A stretch of 42,444 nucleotides of DNA. Origin: a virus. The stretch lies in the IMG/VR virus record IMGVR_UViG_3300012347_000185, positions 1-42,444 of that record; one strand, written 5' to 3'. Below, piece after piece: positions 34,441 to 40,099 of this stretch (the first letter of the stretch is position 1; the number at the start of each line of letters is the position of its first letter). The notes below the pieces were generated by a model. The model was not told the DNA's origin and did not search any database. It saw only the letters and a program-made list of their open reading frames with translations. A program made the translations under genes and the position numbers.

Positions 34441-34473
34441 TTATCCACAGGACTTATCCACAGGTTATGCACT
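34441..34473 (+). promoter_or_regulatory. DnaA-box cluster: two perfect TTATCCACA boxes plus one degenerate box
   Basis: TTATCCACA at 34441-34449 and 34454-34462, and TTATGCACT at 34465-34473. All are direct repeats in non-coding DNA. Confidence 0.5.
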
Positions 34474-34543
34474 GTGTTGGTGCGTTTGCATCAGTTCGTT
34501 TTTACTGTGTTTTTATACAGTACTTTGAGACATCCTCAGGTCA

Positions 34544-34683
34544 CACCTCAAGCTCACCTCAAGCTCACCTCAAGCTCACCACCAGACCACCACCAGATCA
34601 CCTCAAGCTCACCACCAGGTGACACCTCAGGACCTCCACAGATCTGCCCTCAGATCACCTCAAGCTCACCACCAGGTGACACC
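34544..34683 (+). repeat. 11-bp phased tandem array (CACCTCAAGCT / CACCACCAGNT) with an embedded 31-bp perfect direct repeat
   Basis: Seven contiguous 11-mers at 34544-34620. GATCACCTCAAGCTCACCACCAGGTGACACC occurs at 34596-34626 and again at 34653-34683. Confidence 0.9.
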
Positions 34684-34686
34684 CTC

Positions 34687-34725
34687 AAGCCTCAAGCACT
34701 CCACCAGTGCCTGGGGCTTTTTTTT
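34687..34725 (+). terminator. Candidate intrinsic terminator closing the repeat array
   Basis: AAGCC..GCACT-CCACC-AGTGC..GGCTT two-tier stem, immediately followed by T8. Confidence 0.5.
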
Positions 34726-34843
34726 CTGATCTAAGGGTTTGTCCTAATAACTTTTTTTTCATCGGTCGGTTTTTGCCTGTTTTTCTCGATAAAATTCAGC
34801 TCATGCACAGCACACCGCACAGTGCAAACCTGGAGATCACCTC

Positions 34844-35047
34844 ATGAGCTACACTATCACCCGCAAGGTACTTAACGCGATCAAGCCCTACACTGTCACC
34901 ACCCGCGACAGCGATGGCGACACCTTCAAACACAAAGCCTGGAGCACACGTGAGGCTCTGGCCTGGGCTAAGTGCTACGGGCAGGGCTGGGGCACCACTA
35001 CAATTCAAACCCGCACAGGTCGCTTTGTGGCCTCTGTTACCCGCTGA
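34844..35047 (+). CDS. Early hypothetical protein (67 aa)
   Basis: ATG preceded by CCTGGAGATCACCTC. First ORF after the non-coding hub. Confidence 0.6.
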   Translation: MSYTITRKVLNAIKPYTVTTRDSDGDTFKHKAWSTREALAWAKCYGQGWGTTTIQTRTGRFVASVTR

Positions 35048-35066
35048 TTCACCTGGAGATCACACC

Positions 35067-35204
35067 ATGCAATTCGACCGCAACATCTTTACCGACCGCA
35101 AGCCCTCATTCACAGAGCGCCTCGCAGATCTGGCCCTGGCCATTGTCCTGGGTCTCACCTTCGCTGCGGGTCTCCTGCACTGGTGCGATGCACTTTTTGC
35201 TTGA
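35067..35204 (+). CDS. Early small membrane protein (45 aa)
   Basis: ATG preceded by CCTGGAGATCACACC. Hydrophobic LALAIVLGLTFAAGLL. Below the ORF-track cutoff as a Met-started ORF. Confidence 0.5.
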   Translation: MQFDRNIFTDRKPSFTERLADLALAIVLGLTFAAGLLHWCDALFA

Positions 35205-35266
35205 TCCATCGCTTGCCATCTGACAATCATTTCCAACACGCAACTATTCACCCTGGAGCTTCTATC

Positions 35267-35947
35267 ATGCCCTACACCGCACACCTCACCCTCAAGTCAC
35301 GTAATGAAAAAGTCGGCCCGATCCCTGTGAGCACCACAGAGGCCAAGACCTGCCCTCAGTCCTGCCCATTCAAGAAAAATGGATGCTACGCTGATGGCGG
35401 CCCTCTGGCCCTGTTCTGGGGCAAGGTCTCCAGAGGTGAGGCAGGTCTGCCCTGGGGTGAATTCTGTGGCCAGATCGAGGCCCTGCCTGATGGCCAGCTC
35501 TGGAGGCACAATCAAGCGGGTGATCTGCCCTCCGCTGATGGCCAGGTGATCGACCACGCCGCACTGATGGACCTGGTCAACGCAAACCAGGGTAAACGAG
35601 GCTTCACCTACACTCACCACGATGTCACCAGGCAGGAAAACGCAGACAGCGTGTTGCTGGCCAACCTGCAGGGCTTCACTGTGAACCTCTCAGGCAACAC
35701 CCTGGCCCATGCTGACACCCTCGCAGCTCTCCAGATCGGCCCTGTGGTCTCTGTGGTGCCTGAGGATCACCCAGAGCACAGCACGACACCTGCAGGTCGC
35801 AAGGTGGTGGTCTGCCCAGAGCAAACGGGCAAGGCCAAGAACTGCGTGGAGTGCGGCCTCTGTCAGAAAATCGACCGCAAGGTGATTGTCGCCTTCCGTG
35901 CCCACGGTGTCAGCAAAAAGAAGGCCATCGCCATCGCTCGTGCCTGA
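35267..35947 (+). CDS. Early Cys-rich protein (226 aa), possibly GP88-like family
   Basis: CPQSCPFKKNGCYADGGPL near the N-terminus and CPEQTGKAKNCVECGLCQK near the C-terminus, suggesting metal or Fe-S ligands. The family assignment is from memory only. Confidence 0.7.
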   Translation: MPYTAHLTLKSRNEKVGPIPVSTTEAKTCPQSCPFKKNGCYADGGPLALFWGKVSRGEAGLPWGEFCGQIEALPDGQLWRHNQAGDLPSADGQVIDHAALMDLVNANQGKRGFTYTHHDVTRQENADSVLLANLQGFTVNLSGNTLAHADTLAALQIGPVVSVVPEDHPEHSTTPAGRKVVVCPEQTGKAKNCVECGLCQKIDRKVIVAFRAHGVSKKKAIAIARA

Positions 35948-35964
35948 TCACTTGCCAAGTGGCA

Positions 35965-35984
35965 ATGGTTGCCCATCTGGGTCA
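35965..35984 (+). promoter_or_regulatory. Candidate phage-RNAP promoter, copy 5, degenerate (ATGGTTGCCCATCTGGGTCA)
   Basis: Shares the upstream half and about 23 nt of 5' flank with copy 1. The downstream half differs. Confidence 0.4.
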
Positions 35985-36047
35985 CACCAGAGGGCAACTG
36001 TGGACACCTTGCGCCCTCAGTCCTGGGGCACACCTGGAGCTTCTATC

Positions 36048-36266
36048 ATGCGATTATTCAACGCAGGCCAGACCGTGGCCTTCTCCTCAAAATTCCTCAA
36101 GTCCACCCAGGCCCATGAGCTGGCCAGATCTCGCGGTGAGGTCCTGGAGGTGGCCTCAAGCGGTGGCCTGGTGCTGGTGGCTGTGCGGTGGTCTGATGGC
36201 CGGGTGACCCGTGCCCTCCACCAGAACCTGGTCGCAGCAGACCGCATCCACCTGGAGGCTGTATGA
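36048..36266 (+). CDS. Early hypothetical protein (72 aa)
   Basis: ATG inside a 19-nt leader (CCTGGAGCTTCTATCATGC) identical to the one at 35252-35270. Confidence 0.6.
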   Translation: MRLFNAGQTVAFSSKFLKSTQAHELARSRGEVLEVASSGGLVLVAVRWSDGRVTRALHQNLVAADRIHLEAV

Positions 36267-36487
36267 GCACCAGGGCACACCCTCCAACCTATTTTGGAGA
36301 CTCTGTGAGGATCTCCTATCATGGCCCAGGGCCTGATCACGACCTGGTGGTGCAGCGGTGGTCTGATGTCTCTGGAGGGTGGCACGACGTGCGGACCTTC
36401 GATCACACCTTCGATTTTGCCTGGTCTGACGCGAGGCTGTACGCTGCAGCTCTGGCCTCCAGCATGCGCCGCGAGGTGAACCCGTGA
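36263..36487 (+). CDS. Early hypothetical protein (74 aa)
   Basis: ATGA overlap with the upstream gene. Confidence 0.5.
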   Translation: MSTRAHPPTYFGDSVRISYHGPGPDHDLVVQRWSDVSGGWHDVRTFDHTFDFAWSDARLYAAALASSMRREVNP

Positions 36488-36813
36488 GCGCCGATCTCCT
36501 GGCCCAGCTCCAGGCCTTCGCACAGGCCCATGGTGGCAAGCTCAGGACAGGCCCACAGGCCCGGAAACCCGAGAGTTGTCCACAGGCCCCATGCGAGGGT
36601 TGTCCACAGGCCCTCACGGGTGGGTCTGCCCTCGCGCCCTCACGCGCACAGGTATGCGCCCACGCACCTGCAGGCACCCGCGAGAGCGCCCGAGAGGCCC
36701 ACGCAGGGAGTCCGCCTTGCATAGGGCGCACCCAGCCCGTCCAAAAGCCCCAAAACCGCGACCCGTGGCTTGACTACACGGACGACTATTCACTGTGGAA
36801 GCAGGGTCAATGA
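36484..36813 (+). CDS. Doubtful ORF (109 aa) in a very GC-rich segment
   Basis: GTGA overlap with the upstream gene. Several frames are open on both strands here, and the segment contains DNA-level repeats, so coding status is uncertain. Confidence 0.35.
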   Translation: MSADLLAQLQAFAQAHGGKLRTGPQARKPESCPQAPCEGCPQALTGGSALAPSRAQVCAHAPAGTRESAREAHAGSPPCIGRTQPVQKPQNRDPWLDYTDDYSLWKQGQ

Positions 36814-36825
36814 CCCCACAAACTG

Positions 36826-36850
36826 AAAGGCCTTAGCATAGGGCCTTTTG
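36826..36850 (+). terminator. Candidate intrinsic terminator
   Basis: AAAGGCC (36826-36832) pairs with GGCCTTT (36842-36848), followed by T-rich sequence. Confidence 0.55.
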
Positions 36851-36855
36851 GTGTG

Positions 36856-36867
36856 TGCTATACTCAC
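36856..36867 (+). promoter_or_regulatory. Candidate host sigma70-type extended -10 (TGcTATACT)
   Basis: TG-n-TATACT immediately after the terminator and upstream of the 36988 operon. Confidence 0.4.
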
Positions 36868-36987
36868 GCACAGCCCAGGTCATCGCACCTGTGCCCCGCT
36901 GATCTTTAACAATCCCCAAGAGTACAAGCATAGGGCGCACCCTGCCATTCGGTGGGGTCTCTGTGTTTGTACCATTGGAGATTCAAC

Positions 36988-37140
36988 ATGACCGAAAATG
37001 ACAAGTTGACAGCCCAAGAGGTTGTCCGTGGGTCTTGGCCCACCTGGCCCTTCACTCGCTTAGGGCGCAAAGACATGACCGATCTCATCAAGAAGCTGGA
37101 GCAGGAGAAGCGAGAGCAACTTGAGGAGGCACTGCTGTGA
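36988..37140 (+). CDS. Early hypothetical protein (50 aa)
   Basis: ATG preceded by TTGGAGATTCAAC. First gene of a chain of overlapping small ORFs. Confidence 0.5.
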   Translation: MTENDKLTAQEVVRGSWPTWPFTRLGRKDMTDLIKKLEQEKREQLEEALL

Positions 37141-37316
37141 CTGAAGAAGATTACATCATGCTGCAGATACGGATACTCCAAGAGGCGCACCAGAAGACCT
37201 TGGAGCCATACTTCCAACGCTTGTATTGGATTAAGGCCCTTCAGCCATCTCCTCCGATTTATGTGCGGTTCTTTGACGGCCCCAATCCAGTCCCCTTTGG
37301 TTGGGAGGCCCCATGA
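37137..37316 (+). CDS. Early hypothetical protein (59 aa)
   Basis: GTGA overlap upstream and ATGA overlap downstream. Not in the ORF track. Confidence 0.4.
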   Translation: MTEEDYIMLQIRILQEAHQKTLEPYFQRLYWIKALQPSPPIYVRFFDGPNPVPFGWEAP

Positions 37317-37462
37317 CCACAGAACACCTCATCGTAGGAGCCACAGGCATCGGATACCTGATCGTGGGTGTCTTGCAGTGGTCCAAAGGCGAACTCTCAA
37401 ACGGTATGATCTGGACAGGCTATGCCTTCGCCCAGGTCGGTTTATGGATGAACATCAAATGA
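37313..37462 (+). CDS. Early two-TM micro-protein (49 aa)
   Basis: MTTEHLIVGATGIGYLIVGVLQW...MIWTGYAFAQVGLWMNIK. ATGA overlaps at both ends. Not in the ORF track. Confidence 0.45.
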   Translation: MTTEHLIVGATGIGYLIVGVLQWSKGELSNGMIWTGYAFAQVGLWMNIK

Positions 37463-37683
37463 TCTCAGAAATCGATATCAAGGATATGGCAGAGCAGCCA
37501 GCACAGTACAGCGACATCGTTTCTGATGGCGGCTTTGACCCACGCAACAAGTTTGATGTCCCAACACAGCGCACATGGGTTGGGCTGACGGATGAAGAAA
37601 TACTAATAATGAGTAGATACGATTTAGAGTATGCCGCTTTAATTGGGGAAGTGCAAAGAAAACTCAAGGAGAAGAACACATGA
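37459..37683 (+). CDS. Early hypothetical protein (74 aa)
   Basis: ATGA overlap with the upstream gene. Acidic. Confidence 0.5.
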   Translation: MISEIDIKDMAEQPAQYSDIVSDGGFDPRNKFDVPTQRTWVGLTDEEILIMSRYDLEYAALIGEVQRKLKEKNT

Positions 37684-37895
37684 AAACAGCACTCTTCATC
37701 GAGGACACGCCAGCAGGTCTCAAAACGAAGTTCGTGTGGCAGGCCAATGGCCACATGGACCACGCTGCAGAGTCCATCGCCATGAATGTCATGGCCAACC
37801 TCACCCTGTTCATCAGGGACATGGAGGACAAGAAGCTGGTCAGGTTGGTGAAAGAGGGGCCGGGGGATAACCCTCAGTCTTCTACGGTAACCTGA
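37680..37895 (+). CDS. Early hypothetical protein (71 aa)
   Basis: ATGA overlap with the upstream gene. Confidence 0.5.
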   Translation: MKTALFIEDTPAGLKTKFVWQANGHMDHAAESIAMNVMANLTLFIRDMEDKKLVRLVKEGPGDNPQSSTVT

Positions 37896-38175
37896 GCTGC
37901 AGCTTCATGAAGGCGTCACGGATTGCCGCTGATTCGGATCTGAATGGTCCGTCCTCGTCGAAGTCCGTGACCCTTCCCCTCTGGGTTCTCATCCAGTACC
38001 AGCCGCCATACCTCAGAGGTTCCTCGCTTATACGGGCTGAGTTCCAAACCTTTGTGGTATTTCGACTGGCGAAATAGACCTTCACGCCTGCCTTCTTGAC
38101 AGTCTCAATGAACGCATCTGGTAGTCTCACGCTTTCCTCCGTGAAAATGTTGCCACCAGACAAAAGTGGAGCCAT
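37882..38175 (-). CDS. Hypothetical protein (97 aa from ATG; 102 aa from TTG at 38190), the only credible minus-strand gene
   Basis: Convergent with the early operon (14-nt tail overlap) and divergent from the MarR-like/integrase genes. Not antisense to any + gene. Confidence 0.55.
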   Translation of the reverse strand: MAPLLSGGNIFTEESVRLPDAFIETVKKAGVKVYFASRNTTKVWNSARISEEPLRYGGWYWMRTQRGRVTDFDEDGPFRSESAAIRDAFMKLQLRLP

Positions 38176-38205
38176 GGCAACGATTGTCAATTAGGCATAC
38201 TGCGG

Positions 38206-38230
38206 GTTTCCACACTTACCAAGTGGAAAC
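38206..38230. promoter_or_regulatory. Candidate operator: perfect 8-bp inverted repeat GTTTCCAC-N9-GTGGAAAC
   Basis: Lies in the 119-bp divergent intergenic region between the minus-strand gene and the MarR-like gene. Confidence 0.5.
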
Positions 38231-38235
38231 AGTCA

Positions 38236-38264
38236 TTGACACAGAGTCGCACCTGAATCATGAT
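38236..38264 (+). promoter_or_regulatory. Candidate sigma70-type promoter TTGACA-N17-CATGAT for the regulator/integrase operon
   Basis: Perfect -35, 17-nt spacer, 4/6 match at -10. About 30 nt upstream of the MarR-like start. Confidence 0.45.
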
Positions 38265-38294
38265 CCTGCGGTCTAAACCCCTAAGGAATGAGAG

Positions 38295-38642
38295 ATGGTT
38301 GTGCCCCTGAAGGATGCAATTCAGCTAATTCAAGGGATCTCCCAAATAGAACCGGAGATGCCCTTGCAGCAACTACATGTACTACTCCTCATTGCGGAAG
38401 CAGGGGAGGGGACATCACTTACAGACCTGGCCAAGAAAGCAGGCATAGGTCTAGCAACTGCGTCTCGTTATGTTTCCGCACTAGGCAAACAGAACAGGCA
38501 CAGGCAGGAGGGGCTACTTCTAGTAGAATCCTTCGAGGACCCTATGGAAAGGCGAAAAAAGATAATTCGCCTGACAGGTAAGGGTAAATCCGCACTCATG
38601 AAACTGATAGGAGAACTGAATGCCCATCTACCAAAGGGGTGA
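38295..38642 (+). CDS. MarR-family-like winged-helix transcriptional regulator (candidate repressor)
   Basis: 115 aa. SLTDLAKKAGIGLATASRYVSAL...GLLLVESFEDPMERRKKIIRLTGKG fits the MarR HTH plus wing pattern. Confidence 0.75.
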   Translation: MVVPLKDAIQLIQGISQIEPEMPLQQLHVLLLIAEAGEGTSLTDLAKKAGIGLATASRYVSALGKQNRHRQEGLLLVESFEDPMERRKKIIRLTGKGKSALMKLIGELNAHLPKG

Positions 38643-39657
38643 TGCCTTCATGGTGTCAGTCGGAAGTAAGGGAAACCGCTACCGACAGTCCTTCAAGACC
38701 AAACAGGAAGCTGAACTGGCAGAACTGCAGGCATTGACCCGCCTGAAGGCCTCAGGAAGCCCTCTAGAAGCCTCTACAAGCCCCCCAATTGATGTAGTTA
38801 AGGGCTACACACTCAAGGATGCCCACGACCTCACCTGGAGGCTCTACTGGAAAGGTGACAAGGGCAAGGGTTGCCACGAGGTGACCATCAACTGTGTCTT
38901 TCGGACGATCCCGAGTCAGACACTGCTGACCGATATCACTCCCGCAATGGTCCTTGAGGCCATCGAAGAATGGGAGGATGAGGGCAACTCAGGCTCTACG
39001 GTCAACCGCAAGGTGTCTCACATCTCCAAGATGCTGAACACCGCAGCGGAGCAGGGGTGGATCAATGCTGTCCCCAAGCTGCCCCGCAGGAAGCCTGGCA
39101 AGCACCGCATCCGGTGGATGGCCGAGCAGGAGGAGCTGAGGGTCCTGAACGCCTGCACCCAGTTGGGTCTGGACGATCTGAGGGACTTCATCGTGGTGGC
39201 CATCGACACTGGCTTCCGTAGGTCGGAGCTGCTGGGCCTCGTGTCCAACGACTTCGTCAACGGGATGGTCCAGCTCCACGCTGGGTCCACCAAGAGCGAC
39301 AAGGCGAGGGCTGTCCCGGCTACCCGTAGGGTGTCCGAGATCCTCACCCGCAGGTCTGTCAACAGGAAGCTCTTCGACTTCCAGTTCCACACCCTGAGGG
39401 CACGTTGGCTGTCCCTGAAGTCCCACCTAGGGATGGACGATGACACCCAGTTCGTCATCCACATGCTGCGCCATACGTGTGCATCTCGGATGGTCCAGAG
39501 GGGTGTCAACCTGGCCGTGGTTCAGCAGTGGATGGGTCACTCCAACATCGCCACCACGCTACGGTATGCCCACCTTGCACCTGACAGCCTGGCCATCGGA
39601 CGTGAAGCCCTTGAGCAAGTATCCACAGTTCCTCTCTTGAGGGCTGTGAACTGTTGA
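38620..39657 (+). CDS. int: Tyrosine integrase/recombinase
   Basis: 345 aa with GGAG RBS. Catalytic-domain signature: TGFRRSELLGL (Arg), HMLRHTCASRMVQRG (H-x-x-R), GHSNIATTLRYAHL (Tyr). Confidence 0.9.
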   Translation: MPIYQRGDAFMVSVGSKGNRYRQSFKTKQEAELAELQALTRLKASGSPLEASTSPPIDVVKGYTLKDAHDLTWRLYWKGDKGKGCHEVTINCVFRTIPSQTLLTDITPAMVLEAIEEWEDEGNSGSTVNRKVSHISKMLNTAAEQGWINAVPKLPRRKPGKHRIRWMAEQEELRVLNACTQLGLDDLRDFIVVAIDTGFRRSELLGLVSNDFVNGMVQLHAGSTKSDKARAVPATRRVSEILTRRSVNRKLFDFQFHTLRARWLSLKSHLGMDDDTQFVIHMLRHTCASRMVQRGVNLAVVQQWMGHSNIATTLRYAHLAPDSLAIGREALEQVSTVPLLRAVNC

Positions 39658-39750
39658 AACTGAGTTGTCACAGGCCATTGAGCTGTGACATTTGGACTCC
39701 TTTTAGGGACGTTGTGACAACCTAAGTGATTGGAAATACACGGTAAGTAC

Positions 39751-39808
39751 AGCTTGAGGTGCTAGTAACTTAACCGTTGTGGAGGTTCGAGTCCTCTCGA
39801 CCGCACCA
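39751..39808 (+). other. Candidate attP core: 3' two-thirds of a tRNA-Leu(GAG)-like gene
   Basis: Anticodon loop TTGAGGT (39754-39760), GCTAG stem strand, long variable arm, T arm GGAGG-TTCGAGT-CCTCT, acceptor strand CGACCGC, then A and CCA. There is no matching 5' acceptor strand or D arm upstream. Confidence 0.6.
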
Positions 39809-39830
39809 ATCATCCCTAAGGGAAACTGAA

Positions 39831-39867
39831 GAGAACTCCTTGTAAACCAAGGGGTTCTCTTTCGTTT
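39831..39867 (+). terminator. Intrinsic terminator downstream of the tRNA fragment
   Basis: GAGAACTCCTTG-TAAAC-CAAGGGGTTCTC (12-bp stem with one G-T pair), followed by TTTCGTTT. Confidence 0.7.
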
Positions 39868-40004
39868 GACCCCTATAGTTTCCATATGGAATCAATTGTT
39901 CATAGACAACCCTTGCACTAGGGAAATCTTGTGACAACTTTTGTGTCACAGCTGGGACAACTCCTTGCCACTAGACAACCCTTTCGAACAGAGAGGGAAC
40001 GTCT

Positions 40005-40024
40005 ATGGTTGCACAATTGGATAG
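40005..40024 (+). promoter_or_regulatory. Candidate phage-RNAP promoter, copy 6 (ATGGTTGCACAATTGGATAG)
   Basis: 110 nt upstream of the RNAP start codon. Confidence 0.55.
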
Positions 40025-40081
40025 ACAAGAGAGATCTAGAGATAGACTCTGAGATAATCCTCAAAGATATCTTCTCTAGGT

Positions 40082-40099
40082 TATACTCATGTATACTCA
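40082..40099 (+). promoter_or_regulatory. Tandem TATACTCA -10-like boxes upstream of the RNAP gene
   Basis: TATACTCA at 40082-40089 and 40092-40099. The same TATACTCAC occurs at 36859-36867. No good -35 seen. Confidence 0.3.

Noticed and set aside
34544-34683. Possible CRISPR array
   Set aside because: The units are 11 bp and contiguous with no unique spacers, and there are no cas genes. This is a simple tandem or iteron-like array.
34420-34734. 104-aa and 66-aa + ORFs running through the tandem repeat array
   Set aside because: The open frames are a by-product of the stop-free 11-bp repeat (peptide HLKLTSSSPP...). There is no RBS, and the ORFs begin inside the DnaA-box region and end at the terminator. 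I treated the segment as non-coding DNA or RNA.
36156-36731. 191-aa and 168-aa minus ORFs, and 64- and 65-aa + ORFs, overlapping in 36.0-36.8 kb
   Set aside because: The region is very GC-rich, so stop codons are rare in all frames. These ORFs lack RBS or coupling signals, unlike the + strand chain linked by ATGA and GTGA overlaps.
39735-39808. A complete tRNA gene next to the integrase
   Set aside because: The required 5' acceptor strand (GCGGTCG) and a D arm are absent upstream, and only 3 of 5 anticodon-stem pairs form. I interpret it as a 3' fragment (attP core).
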